Source of the DNA: Felis catus | Lineage: Eukaryota | Direction of reading: 5' to 3' | Assembly: GCF_018350175.1 (NCBI RefSeq) | Contig: NC_058368.1 | Span: 122,266,001 to 122,330,000 of the forward strand | DNA length: 64,000 nt | In this document: in pieces, positions 23,508 to 36,919 of the stretch | Position numbering within the stretch: position 1 is the stretch's first letter | Layout: each line of letters begins with the position of its first letter | Notes under the pieces: generated by a model | Seen by the model: only the letters and a program-made list of their open reading frames with translations | What the model was told of the DNA's origin: nothing | Database searches by the model: none | Program-made: the position numbers and the translations under genes

Positions 23508-24280
23508 ATTCATTCATGCATGCATCTGTTCCATAAATATGTGTTAAGTCCCACTATGTGTCAGGCCCCGTGCCGGGCACCAGTGATGAGTATACAACTT
23601 GTAGTTGTAATAGTCATGTTAGATATGGCCCTTTCTTCATGGAGATTGTAAGCTAGTAGAGAAAAACAAACGAGGAGTAAGGAAATTATAATGCATTTGG
23701 CAAGTGCTGTGAAGGATAACATTGTGGACCTCCTAGAAGGGCCTCCAAGCTTAGAGACAGGGGTTAGGGGAGCCCGACTGGGGAAAGGGGCACCAGAGCT
23801 GTGGTCTGAAGGATGAAGAGGGGTTTACAGGGAGAGAGGGTGAGCATTGTTTCTGGCAAAGGAGAGAGCATGTGTGCAGCGCTGGAGGCGAGCGATGGCT
23901 CGAAAGGAAATACAAAGCACAGAATACGTGCCAGCAATCAGGGAAACAGGCTGAGAGTGTCCCGAGAACAATGAAGCCCTTTGAACGTCTCAGGGAGGCA
24001 AGCCACATGTGTGCACTACGAATACTAGTGTGGGTACAGTGTGACGAACAGGAAGGAGATGATCAAGACAAGAAGGAAAACGGGAGAAAACCTAAGAGAG
24101 AAGAGAAGACGGCATCCAGAGGAGGACAGTGGCAATGTGGTTAGAGAGAGGTCAAGGAATTCGAGAGGTCATTTGAGATATTTAGGAGGAAAAATGACAT
24201 AGGACTCTGGGTAGATGAGCACGTGTGTTGAGGAAAGTTAGGAAGGCAGGGTCGAGGACAACTCTAAGGTAGTTAGGTGG
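23508..24280 (-). mobile_element. L2 remnant
   Basis: cattcattcatgc...cactatgtgtcaggcccc...gtctgaaggatgaagagg...gagatatttaggagg. Confidence 0.7.
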
Positions 24281-24804
24281 GCTTTTAGAGAAAGTAACTG
24301 GAGTTAACTACAGCCATTGCCATGAGTAACAAAAAATGAAAGAACGTTTATGGGCTCCTACTGAATACAGGTCCTTGAGCTAACTATAACAAGCATATCT
24401 CATTTAAGTCTTGCAACCTCCCTATAATATAGATTCTATCATTCCTAGGACATCAAGGCTCAGAATAACCTGTTCAAGGGCACAAATCTGTTAATGACAG
24501 AGCCAAGATTCATAGCCAACTTCCTGTCTCCAGGGCCCACTCTGAACCACCACATACAACCATTATTAATTTATTTGAGCGTTTACCTTCTATGTTTAAA
24601 TCATACGTCTTCCAGTTACTAACAATGCCTTTGAAGAAATCACTGAATCATTTAAGCTCTTTGAATTTCAAGTTATGTAGCCAAAATTTATGTATTAGAA
24701 CATCTCCTTTACAAAGTTGATATAATGATTAAATTAAGTCCTAATACTAATGAGAGTAAGCATTTACTGAATTCCGACTATATCCATGCTGTGTTGCAAA
24801 ATAC

Positions 24805-24807
<3 letters not shown>

Positions 24808-24842
<35 letters not shown>
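24808..24842. repeat. (CA)n microsatellite within a minus-strand MIR
   Basis: Perfect CA run of about 17 units. Confidence 0.95.
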
Positions 24843-24844
<2 letters not shown>

Positions 24845-25879
24845 TTCACATACATATATTAGCTAATCTAATCCTCACAAAAGCCCTTGAAGTATCTTCA
24901 ATGATAATGTTACAAATGAGGATACCGAGGCACAGGGAGATCAAATGCCATACTCAGAGTTACATAGCTGGGATGCAAACCTGGGCAAGCATTTCCAGGG
25001 CCTGCATTCTTCACCACTGGGTCATGTTGCCTCTCTTAAGAAGTGAAGTCTTTGGAAGTGCCTGGCACACCATGAGCCTAAGGCCTGGAATATCTCACAT
25101 GATCAGTGCTCACTGAAATTTTTATTCAAGATTACATTTAGCAAATTTTTGGTAAGTGCCAGGCACTGTGTTAGGCAAACAAGATAGATATGGCCCTTGT
25201 TCTAATGCCTTTCTTTGGAATTCTGGAAAGCCATTTCCACTTATGATTCCCCCCCCCCCGCCCCCCACTTGTCAAGCCACCTGCCCATGAGAACTCAGGA
25301 CATGTCAGTCATTTATGGGAAAGGTTTCAGATGGGGCCAGATGAAGTCTGGAGTCAAATACTGAGCATTGGGGAAACAGCTGCTGAGGACTGACCAGAAG
25401 GTCCCACAGAGGCCCCTGGAGGGGCTGCTGCCTCCCTTTCTGCCATCTCTGTGCACCTCTCTGTAGGCAAAGAGCGAGGAGCACAGCAGGGGAAAGAAAC
25501 AAATGGCTGAGAAAGTGGAGTCCGAAAAATCTGTCCAATAGCCATTTGGTGGCCGGAGGTCAGGGAGCACAGGTTCATGGTATTTTTTTTTACCTGCAAG
25601 AACCATCTGAGAGCTACTCTAACCCTATAATGTCACACAGGAACCTAGCTGTGAGGACACGAAGTAGTTAGGTGGCAGAGGACAGTTGTGGCTTTGGTTG
25701 TGTCGCTCTTCCTTTCCACAGCCCATTTCCAATATCTGTAAAGTGGACAAATGGGAAATGATCTCCCAGCTTCCTTCAAACTCCACTACGTTATGAATAT
25801 ATACATTTAAATCACATAGTTACCTACTCGCTTATTTGGAGCATGTAGACGAATACTTTTATTAGGAGTGACAAGCAGT

Positions 25880-26010
25880 GGGACACCTGGGTGGCTCAGT
25901 CAGTTAAGCATCTGACTTCGGCTCAGGTCATGGTCTCGCAGTTTGCAAGTTCAAGCCCCGCATCAGATCAGGCTCTGTGCTGACAGCTCAGAGCCTGGAG
26001 CCTGCCTTGG

Positions 26011-26094
<84 letters not shown>

Positions 26095-26175
26095 TTCTCT
26101 CTGCCCCTCCCGGCTCACACTTTGTCTCTCCCTCTCTCTCAAAGGTAAATAAATTTTTTAAAAAATTTTTAAAAA
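25880..26175 (+). mobile_element. Can-SINE with expanded (CT)n
   Basis: GGGACACCTGGGTGGCTCAGTCAG head and a long (CT)n tract at about 26013-26100. Confidence 0.94.
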
Positions 26176-26519
26176 GGAGTAATGAGCATTAATTAATTGC
26201 TCATGTTTGTGAATGATGTAGGGGCAATTAACTACCTATGATTCTTTTTCAACTGCTTTGGCATTATGTTGACAGAACCTGGGCCTAGAATCTTCTATAG
26301 ATGTTTATTGTTCTTTCCAGAGAGGAGGCTTGTTTTTGTTTGCAGCCAGGAAAGTAATCCTTTCAGTAAACACGTGGGTCTGCCAGCCGTTTGAAACACA
26401 TCTTGAAACAAGTTTATCAAATTTATCAGATATTAAACATTAAAAATAAATAATTTTCTGGTGGGTGGGATGACAGAATTTTACATTTTTCTCATGATCT
26501 CTGCTTTCGTATGCGTAAG

Positions 26520-26740
26520 AGCTAACATTTACTTAGCATTTACTCTCTGTCCGGATCTGTTCTTTACATGGATTATTTGATTTAATTCTCACAACAACCT
26601 ATGAAGGAGAAGTTATTGTCTTCCCCATTTTACAGGGGAGGAAAGTAAAGTTAAACAACTAAAGTTATGCAACCTATTCAAAGCAACACAGGAAGTGGTG
26701 ACCCTGGGACACCAACCCGGTCTGTTCAGAGTATATACTG
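26520..26740 (-). mobile_element. MIR SINE
   Basis: tttaattctcacaacaacctatgaagg...ccccattttacaggggaggaaagtaaag. Confidence 0.8.
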
Positions 26741-27949
26741 TTTGGATTTTTTTTTTTTTTTTAAGTATAGTTGACTCATAATGTTCTATTAGTGTACAAC
26801 ATAGGGATTCAACAAATCTATCCATCATATGCTATGTTCATACTTCTAACTATGGTAAGTTCTTTTCTTCCTGATGCCCTTCAGTTTCTATTAGGGACAC
26901 GAAGAGTGTCATTTTCTGTGAAAAGAAATGCAAGCACTTAAAAAATAATACCTGGGGTGTTTTTTTGTTGGTTTTGGGGAGGGGGTTGGATAAAGTTTAC
27001 GAATTATTTTTTTAGTTTTAGTTTCGGGAATGTGTTTACATTGCTGTTAAGTAACCCTGTTTTAAGAGACAGCTTATCTATAAGCTATAAATTATGTATC
27101 AAAACACACTTGCTCTCAGGTACAACTGATGAGAAGCTACACTTTACATGAATCACAGAGTAAAAGAGGCAAGAATGTAAATTCTGCAGCATGTGTGAAC
27201 GGTGAATTGTGGAAAATGACTACGAGTTTTCCTCAGAAAATAGGCACTTAATAATATCAATATTTGGAAGTCACTACTGCTTGAATATCATTTGTACAGA
27301 CCTGCTGGCATTGAAATTGCCTGGGATGTTTGGTGAATGGTGTAGAGGAAGAAGAACACACTGAGACAGGCCTTGTGCCATCATTTGGGGAAAGGTTGTT
27401 TTATACTGTAATCAGAAGAATCATTCCTAGAACAATAGGTAGTAATGATTCTTAAAAAACAGCTGATAGAATGATGGAAATGCCATGCATAGTAAACAGT
27501 AAGAATTTTTTTTTTTTTAAAAAGACCCCACACTGCCCAAGCTACAGAGTGAAAGGGCACTTTCAGTTCTATGAGCTCCCAAACGTAAGTGATCTCAACA
27601 GTGCTTTGCAAATCGATTTCTAGGCACTAAAACTGAAATTTTACAAGTTCCTATTATGGTTCTGAGCAAAGACATTAGCACACAGTGAGCTCCAAACCAC
27701 AGGCAGTTTTCTGCTCTGAGAGGTGAGGTATAAAGACCCCTAGGTAGGAAGAAATAACAAAACCAACAGTAAAAAGGTCTGAGTTTAAAGGTGAGGCATA
27801 ATTTTCATGATATGACCCTATGGAAGGTGGTGTTACTGAAGTTCTCCCTTGAGGTGAAATGGCTCTAGGCTTGTGTTGAATGTCAAATTACCAGGTCTTC
27901 ATTTTACTATTGCTACTTAAAACATCAGGGTCCCCCGTGCATAAGATCT

Positions 27950-28720
27950 TCTAATGGACTCCCACAGTACCCAGAGGAAAATTCAAATTGCTTACCAAGG
28001 AGTGCAAGAACTCACCTGAACCTGCCTCTGCTCCCCGCTGCAACCGCATCCTTCACCCACTCACTGCCCCAGTCATCCTGGGCTACCTTTGGTCATGCCA
28101 ATATTGCTTGTGCCTCAGGGCCTTTGCACTTACTGTTCTTTACTTACTGCACTGTCTCTAAACAATATTCCAATAAGTCTTTTGAACCTGGCTTCAGCAC
28201 GTCATTTGGGTCTTCACTCAAATTCTGCCTCTTCAGAAAAGCCTTCACAGAACAACTGTTTAATGGAGCATCCCCACCTCCGCATTCTATATCTTTTATA
28301 GCCCATGTCACTCTCTGAAATTATCTTATATCTTCGTAAGTTTGCTTTTTTTAAATTTTTTTTTACATTTATTCATTTTTGAGAGACAGAGAGAGAAAGA
28401 GCACAAGCGGGGAAGGGGCAGAGAGAGAAGGAGACACAGAATTTGAAGCAGGCTCCAGGCTCCATCCAACCTGTCAGCGCGGAGCCCGACACAGGGCTTG
28501 AACTCACCAGCTGTGAGATCATGACCTGAGCCGAAGTCAGAGTCAGTCAGTCAGTAATCGACTGAGCCACCCAGGCACCCCTAAGAAGTTTGCTTTTTTT
28601 AATTGTCCATCTCACCCGCTAGAGTGCGAGCTTCCTAACACTGGAGACATGGGCTATTTTGAGTGATGCTTTGTTTCCAACACCTAGTGCCCAATATGTA
28701 TTTACTGAATAAATAGGTGA
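27950..28720 (+). mobile_element. L2 remnant interrupted by a SINE
   Basis: cctcagggcctttgcacttactgttc...ctagagtgcgagcttcc...tatttactgaataaat. Confidence 0.75.
28353..28581 (-). mobile_element. Can-SINE
   Basis: Full reverse-oriented element. TSD aagtttgcttttttt. Confidence 0.94.
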
Positions 28721-29159
28721 GTGAAATTCAATTTTCTTACCTCTAAACATAGTATTACAAAGGTAGCTATACTCTTCAAAAACAAAACAAAACAAACAAA
28801 AGCTCTACCTAATTAATTAAAAATAAGCATGCTAAAGAAAAGGTATAACACTTATTTGAAACCTTGAGCACAAGACCAGGAACCAGACCGCAGTGTCCAT
28901 GTGCTTAATTATTTATTCAGAGCTTTTAAATTCCATTAACAAATAACATAGACACTAGGCAGAATGAGGCTGAGCCTGCTTAATTAGTAACATAAAAAGA
29001 AAACAAAAGGCTAGTAACCTCACACATCCCAGACCTCGGCTTCCAGGCAATGTAGGGAAGCTTGGCATTTGGGTTTGCCTGAGCTCAATGTTCCACCAAG
29101 AACAAGCCAGTGAACCTCCACTCTTTGCCCAGGGGCAGCAAGAGAATTGGTCAAGCTGA

Positions 29160-29570
29160 TGCTGCCCAGTGTTCCCATAGCAGCCACTGTGTTTGAACTG
29201 CCTGGAACTGGACCACATTCCCGGCTGTGGAGCCCAGATTCCACAGCAGTGTCCCGCTCAGATGGCAATCCTGAACCACGCTCTGATGCAAGCCTAATTT
29301 GTGAAGCCACTTAGGCTGATCCCATTCTGCGTGTCCGTGTTGGTTTAGAAGCGGGCATGTGACTCATACTGAGGTCAAGGTGACATCTAGAGAAATTTTC
29401 TAGGGACAGTTTGGGGGCAGTTTCTTTGCTGGCTTTTTTTTTAAACCCAATAACCTCTCCTTAGATACTGTCATGTCTGAGCGTGACCCCCAGAATGACA
29501 TCAATTGTTTGGGGACAAAACTGACATTCCAAGGATAGCAAGGCAGGAAAATGGAGAAAATGTGAGTCCC
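29160..29570 (+). mobile_element. Old ERVL-class LTR remnant (LTR16-like)
   Basis: ttggtttagaagcgggcatgtgactc...ggatagcaaggcaggaaaatggagaaaatgtgagtcc resembles LTR16-family LTRs. Confidence 0.5.
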
Positions 29571-29639
29571 CCCCTGCTGTACTTCAGTCAGGAAACTAAT
29601 CAGCTCAGGGGGTACCCTGGCTCAGGACTCATGTGAAGA

Positions 29640-30180
29640 AGTGGATTACTGCAATAACTGCTAAACGGGGCTCTTTGCTTCTGACCTTGGCCCCTAACCA
29701 TCTAATACTGACCTGCTGCTAGAAAGAGTGTGGTGGCTCTGCCTCATTTAGGTAGAAGGGCAGGGCTTTACAGTGGTAAGGCCCCCACTTGTGTCCACCT
29801 GCCGTTATCTCTGCTTCCATCTCCTTTGCTCACTCTGGTCCTTGAACTCACCAGAGAGTTCTCTTGCCTCAGGACATTTGCACCTGTTCCCTCTGAAACT
29901 CTCCACCCCAGATATCCACTTGACTTGGTCTCTTGCCTTCTTCATATCACTGGTCAAATGTTATTTTGTGCACTAAGTCTTGACCCTCCTATTTAAAAGG
30001 GAATACCCACACCCTGGCATCCTTATTGTTTTATTTTCCTCTATTGCATTTACAACACTGTACTTTATATTCTGTGTCTTTATCTACTGTTTACCTCCTC
30101 TTCTACTCAATCTCCAGTGCCTGGAATGCCTGGCACACAGTAGGCAAACATCTATTTGTGGGTGTCGGAGGAACTGAGGA
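29640..30180 (+). mobile_element. L2 3' remnant
   Basis: gcctcaggacatttgcacctgttccctctg...ccagtgcctggaatgcctggcacacagtaggc. Confidence 0.75.
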
Positions 30181-32033
30181 AGGGAAAATAGTTCTTCTCC
30201 TATTCCAGATATTTTGAGACGAATTTTCTGATGCAGCTGGAAGCATCCTGAGTGATGGATTTCCATGGTAGTGCCTTGTATCCAGTGCCCTGCATTTTCA
30301 AGACAGTCAACCATGTTTTAAATTCAGAGTCAGTGCTTCCAGAGCAGAGTTCTCCCTACGCACAGCCATCAATCCATACTGTGTAGTAGAAGATGAGAAG
30401 TAGAAAAATTGCCTGTATATGATTCAAAAGTTCGCTTTCTGGTTTCTGTGAGACCTTGAGCAATTTAAAATTTATCTCTGTTTTCCTTAATCTCCTCATC
30501 TCTATGAGAAATAACCTATCTGTAATATCTACACTATCTCTTTTATCTCTGTAATGTGGGGTTATAAGACCTACTCTAGTTATGCCCTCTGAGGGTTATA
30601 AGAAATAAATGACCCATACATGTTCAAAGCAGAGAAGTGCTATGTATATTTGTAGTGGATTGTTTTGAATGAGCTCTTTTATTCTCCTGAAAGTGTTCAT
30701 TATTGTTGTGTTAATGGTAATACTGATTTTTTTTCATTTGTTGTCATTTATTACTTACTGAAGGTTATATTCATTCAATAAATTTTCTCTGAGCCTCTTC
30801 TTAGTGCCAAGCTCCTTCCCAGGAGCTCCCGAACACAGACTGAGGTCAGACAGGGGCGTAAATGGGAAAAATGGTTAAACATTCTGAGTCTCAATTACCT
30901 CCACTTGAGGGCAAGTTGCTTGGTATCTTATGGTTGTGGCAAAGTTGAAATGAGATTATACAGTGAAAGTTATTATTATAAAATCTGGCTTAGTGAAGTC
31001 TGATTAAATAGAATTCTCTTTATTATTACTCGACCATGACCAGGCTTGGTAGATAGTATTTTCACAGATCTAATGAACAAAGCCTCAACATCATCTCAAG
31101 ATAGCCCAGAAAAGATGACTAATGTATCCAAAGGAAGAGATGAGCCCTATGTAAACTTGGGTCTGTATCCCTTAAAAAGCCTAATTCCTATTCCTTCTTT
31201 AGGTCTCTCAGATTGGCTTCCAGTTACTCTGGGGAGCCATCCTGCTCTTTCCTCTATATCACTGTGGGTTGGGTTGTGTGGCTTAACTCTTTTTCTAGCA
31301 CTTTCCACATTCACATTGTATTGTAATTGACAACCACTTGTTGATATCCCTCAGGAGAGCGTAAACTGCTTAAGGTGGGGCTGGGGGAGGTGGTGGGGGT
31401 AGGAGCAACAATGCCTTCCTCAGCCCAGGGCATGGCACATAGTAGGTGCTCCATAAATATTTGCTTTGTAAACACATTTCAAGTGATCGGCATTTGGGCA
31501 TGGGTAAAACGATCAGCCGCAAAGCCTTCTCTCTTTCTTGGCCTGTAACATGTTTAATTACCTAATGCTTACAAAGAGAACAGGATGTTTTACTTGGGTC
31601 CTAAGCAGAGAACTTGCTTCCCCTCCCCCACAGAGCCTTGCAAGCTTCCTGGGAGTCCGCTCCTCACCAGGCTGCCTCCAGAGTTCCAAGCCTGCAGCCC
31701 TCTGCATCAAGACATCCTCCATCACAGCTGAGAAAAATGCTTTCATCTTGTGGTAACTTGTTCATAATCAGACCAATTTTGCTTCTAGCAGATTGGAGCC
31801 CCGCACAAAGTAAAGTTGCTTAGGAAATCCCTTTGTTGACTACGGACAGACGCAGAGAGGAGATCTGAGCTTCCTTTTGACACCTAAGAGGAGAGGTTTT
31901 CACTCCCCTCAGTGCCTGGGGCAGAACTGGGCAGCACAGTAACCTTGTATTTATTGGCATTCTGGTTTCCTTTAAAAGCACTCAAAATACACTCATGTCT
32001 CTGTCTCCCTTCTGATGTAAAAAAAAGAAGGAA

Positions 32034-32220
32034 CAGAATTTCTCAGGGTGTCTCTTGGATCAACCCATGTTAGAATGATATGGAATGCCTGTGAAATTTG
32101 CCAGCTCTTTGACTCCATCCCACGTGCTCTGCATCAGAATCTGTAGGGGCAGGACCTAGGAATATGCATTTTAACACTCTCCCAGGTGCTTTACATGCAC
32201 AATAAGGTTTGAAAATCATT
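32034..32220. mobile_element. MER5-like hAT MITE
   Basis: catcagaatctgtaggggcaggacctaggaatatgcattttaacactctcccaggtg...gtttgaaaatcatt. Confidence 0.7.
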
Positions 32221-33580
32221 CAGTGACCTAAGGTCACCAATTAGGTAGCTGAACCCAGCTTCAGATTTGTGCCTGATGAATAATCTTATGTTGGTGTCTT
32301 GGCCTTGTTGATCAAGAAAACTTCTGTCCAAACCAAGAGTTCTTCCTCCTGAAACTAGAGTTCTTGCCACGGCTACCACTACACCCAGTATTTGGAAGCA
32401 GACAAAGCAAGCAAGGCTCCATTCTGTATCTCTTAGGCTAAGATCTATGGGGTAACAGTACAATCTCCCTGTGCCATTTATGTTGCACAGACAGCTCAGA
32501 AAGGGCATTTGTCTGTCAGTGACTTCTTTCAATAAAATGAGAGGGTCATAGTCTTTGCACCGTTTTGAGACAACCCAATCGGATTGACTGATTGATGACA
32601 GCAAAAATTCATAATCACCAGAGGGAACCTGAAACACGATTCCCCAAGTCCCTGCATTTCTCACACATCAGTGCAAAGATCAGAAATTTTTCTTGCAAAT
32701 GTGCTAGGTAGAGGACTCCCCTTTATGAGGAAGCCATTCACAATCATCAGCTTTTCGTCTAGGATGTATGGAATGCACCTCACATCGGCAGCCAAATTGG
32801 TATTTTTCTCTCGTTAGAAAACTGAATCAATGAAACGCCTCATCCATTCCTCTACATGAGTCATCTTTTCAGAGGAAGGGGAAGGAAAGAAGGTCATGGC
32901 TGTGGCGCATATCACAATAACTATCATAGTTATTTCCTCTCAATAAGATAAAATGACCTACATTGACAGATACTGAAAAACTGTGGAACGAGGAACAAAT
33001 AAAATACCCTAGAACTGGAGCATCAGAAAGAAGATGGCCACATGCAACAGCTGGGGGTAGAAAACAGAAATCCCATCTGATAATTCTCATCTCTTCCCAT
33101 GTATGGAATCACACACCAAATCCGAAGCAATTGTCTCATATCCAGGATGGGCAATTTCCAGGTAAATCGCTCCTATGATGAGCCAGTGTAGAACATCATG
33201 GGATGAAATCATATGAAATGTGCATGCTGCACAAGTCAAATTCAAGAATTACACATAGGGAACCTTTCGATGTGTGTCTTCTAAGGACTAAACTAGGTGA
33301 ACAGTGATTAGCAGTCATCCTAACCACAGCAAACTAGTAGAAGGCTTAAGCCACTAACCAGTTGTTTGTTGAGTGCATGTCAAAACGGGTTCATGACATG
33401 GGATGTCACCCAGCTCAGTGGTTTCAAATACCTCCTACGCACTGACACCTGCCTAATTCCAATTTCTGCCTCCATCTCGCATTCTCGCTCTGAAGAGCCA
33501 CACTCATACATACAACCTCCTTCTTGGCATCTATACCTGAGCGTCTTATAAACGTTTCACATTTAATATGTGTAAAACAA

Positions 33581-33708
33581 GAGGCACCTGGGTGGTTCAG
33601 TCGGTTAAGCATCTGCCTCTTGCTTTCAGCTCAGGTCATGATCTCTTGGTGTGTGAGATCGAGCCCCACTGCGGGCTTTGAGTTGACAGCACAGAGCCTG
33701 CTTGGGCT

Positions 33709-33749
<41 letters not shown>

Positions 33750-33806
33750 CTTCCCCTGCTCATGCTCCTTCCCTCTGTCTCTCAAAATAAAATAAACTTT
33801 AAAAAA
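33581..33806 (+). mobile_element. Can-SINE
   Basis: GAGGCACCTGGGTGGTTCAGTCGGTTAAGC head, CT tract and A tail. TSD tatgtg(t/c)aaaa. Confidence 0.93.
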
Positions 33807-33840
33807 GTATGTGCAAAATGAAGCTCATAATTTTTCTCCC

Positions 33841-34387
33841 TGATGAAGTTCGGACACGCCACTGCAAGACACGCTGCTTTCATATATTGACTATTTTGAG
33901 CTAAAGGCACTTAGAGAATAGCAAATGTAGAGAGCAGCTTTCACAGAATTCCCCTAATTTGCCTAAAGACAGAGCCTCTAAAAGGAACTCAACTGTCACA
34001 GATTTTTCTCCCCAGGAGTTTTGTGAACCAGGGAAGATTGACTCATCACAAGAAAGATGAGGAGACAGCACCCCCAGATGAACTTGGTCACAGACTATCA
34101 CACCTCCCATTGGTTGTTCTAAGAGTCCATTCATCCTTCCTAAAAGTCATGTTGTATCTAAGAGGCCTCCCTCCCTCCTTCCTTTCCCCTATGAAGATGA
34201 TACATAAACTCTCAAATCTCAATGCTTTTTTGAGTATTCACTTTTTTTGCCTGTGATGCCTCTGTGGATGTAATATTAATAAATTTGTATACCCTTTCTC
34301 CTGCTAATCCGCCCATTGTCAGTTTATTGTACAGACTCAGTTATTGAACTTCAGAGGGTGTGGAGAGAATATCTGTCCTTCTCCACA
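33841..34387 (+). mobile_element. Solo ERV1-class LTR (MER34-like)
   Basis: About 550 bp with TG...CA termini. tattttgagctaaaggca near the 5' end and an AATAAA near 34278. Flanked by tccc / cccc, a possible 4-bp TSD. Confidence 0.75.
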
Positions 34388-35072
34388 CCCCAGACATGTT
34401 TCCTTTACAGGGTTCCCAGGCTCAGCATCTGGTGCCCACAAAGCACCCAATCACTCAAGGCCCAAACCTGGGAGGCATCTTACTCCCAGGGAGGATTCCT
34501 TACGCTATCCCTCCCCTAAAATCCAGTCCATGACCTCCAAAATATGCTTGGAATCTCTTCTCATCATCTGTACCTTCTCTTCTGTAATGAAGCCACATTA
34601 TCTCTTATCAGAATTCCAATAAGAATTTATTAAAATGGTATAAATATAATAATCTTTAAACTCCTCCAAGGGCAAGGAACCTCAATCTTCTCAAAATAAA
34701 ATCCAGACCCTGTGAGGTGACTTAAAAGGTCCTGCCTGATCTGACTGTGTCCTACCTCTCTTCTACGTAGCACAAGAGGACAACTTTCTCTCACCCAGCT
34801 ACTGCCACACTGAGCTCTCTGTTGTGTTTCAAAAACATGACCTTTCAGATGGCACTGGGTGCATGTAAGTCCTTGTTTTATTACTTCCTACAATGAGCAA
34901 GGCATGGTTCTTTGAACACTGGCATATTCCCTTCCTTCAGGCCTTGGCTCATGTGCCCCCTTCTCAGAGCTGCCTCTCCTGGTACCCCACACTGAAATGA
35001 CTTCCTCCAAGAACTCTCTCATGTCACCCTGTTTACATCTTTCTTAGTGTTCATCAAAACCTCAGACGATCT

Positions 35073-35288
35073 TGGAGCACCTGGGTATCTCAGTCGGTTG
35101 AGCATCAAACTCTTGCTTTCGGCTTGGGTCATGATCTCATGGTTCATAGGTTCGAGCCCTGCATCAGAGTCTGTGCTGATAGCATGGAGCCTGCTTGGGA
35201 TTCTGTATCTCCCTCTCCCTCTCTGCCCCTCCCTTGCTCACTTTTTCTCTCTCTCCCTCAAAAATAAATAAACAAACATAAAAAAAAA
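35073..35288 (+). mobile_element. Can-SINE
   Basis: Typical head, CT tract and A tail. Degenerate TSD aaaacctcaga..atctt. Confidence 0.92.
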
Positions 35289-36919
35289 CCCTCAGATTAT
35301 CTTCTAGTTTTACCCTTTTACTATTGGCCAAGTCTCTCATTATAAAATCTTTTTTTTTAACTTGTATATCATATGTCTTATTTGCCTGGCACATAAAAAC
35401 AGTATGGTAAATACCTACTGAGTATTTAAATGAATGAATTTGAGTGAGATTCCCATTTGACCAGTAAGTCAGTTTCATGCCATTGTCAAGATGAGCTGAC
35501 AAGACATGACTTAGGTCTGAGTGACACAGCAATAACTTTTTAGGCCCCAGCAATATCAATTAGGCCTCACATGGCACAGGACGTAGAATATCATTCACTG
35601 TCTTTCAAGCACCTCACAACTGGGGCCCCAATTACCCTTCCAGTTTAGTCTTTCACCTTGATTCTGCAGGTACTCTATGTGCCAGCAAAATGGAGTCCTT
35701 CCTCTGAGGATACAAACTTCAGGACCTTGCACATGCTGTTCTCACCATTTCAACTTCCTTTCTCTTCATGTCTCATAATTTCTGCTTCCTGAAATCCTCT
35801 GAGCACTTGAGTAGTAAAGGAAGTGTCAATTATATAAATGTATCAGATCAAAAGTTTATACACCTTAAACTTACAAATACCACAGGTCAATTAATATCTC
35901 AGTTTTAAAAAGAAGAAAAAGAAGTATCGATTAAATTTATACTGTAAATCCACTTTTCGAAAAAAGGATAAAAACAAATAAGGAAGATGGCCGCGTAAGA
36001 GGACACTGGGCTCACCTCCTCCTGCTGATCACTTAGATTCCACCCACATCTGCCTAAAAATCCCAGAAAAATGCCAGAAGGCTAGCAGAATGGACTCTCT
36101 GGAGCCAAGCATAGACAAGAGGCCCACGGAAGAGGGTAGGAAGGGCAGAGAAGTGGTGCGCACTAAACAGACTGGCGGGAGGGAGCCAGGGCGGTGGAGG
36201 GGTAGCCTGCCGGGCAAGGCAGAGCCCCCAAAGTCTGGCTTGAAAAGCAGAGGGGCCAGACTGCCTGAGTTCTGACAGCCAGCGGACTTAACATCTAGAA
36301 TGTTAAAAGTCAACAGCTCTGCTCTTGGAGAGCGGGGAAGGCAAGAGGACACAGGGAGGGAGAGCTGTTGAGCCCCAGAAGACAGCTCAACTGGCCCGCC
36401 AGGGGAACAAAGGCGCTGGGAAGCGCCGTCTCCCTCTCCCACACCCCAGGCAAAATTCCAAAGGGAATCAGTTCCCATCACCGAATACGTTTGCAACCGC
36501 ACAAACACCCAACGCTGTGCTTCTGTGGATCCATCCCTCCCATGGTCTGCCTCCCTCCCAGTGCTGCAGGGCCCCTCTTACAGGGGACCACCCACTGCAA
36601 AGCAAGATAAGCCTTCCCCTCCCACCCCTGTGCACCTTGTAGATCCAGATCCACCCTGCCTAATGTGCCATATCCTATCAAAGCAGCACCAAAAGCCTGG
36701 CAGTGTGCAAGTAGCCCAGACAGGGGCCACACCACTCCACAGTGAGTCCTGCCCTGGCAGAGGGGAAGATAAGGTACACACCAGTCTGACTGTGGCCCCA
36801 GTGGTGGGCTGGGGGCAGACATCAGGTGTGACTGCAGCCCCGCCCACCAACACAAGTTACTACGGGGAAGCACAGAGGACGTGCCCTGCAGCTTGGAGCT
36901 ACCGTAAGGACTACCCAAA

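Larger units (their letters stand above)
33400..35440 (+). mobile_element. L2 remnant split by two SINEs and a solo LTR
   Basis: Collinear L2 pieces (ggtttcaaatacc..., caaggcccaaacctgggaggcatc, cctggcacata...ttaaatgaatgaat) resume after each insertion. Confidence 0.65.
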
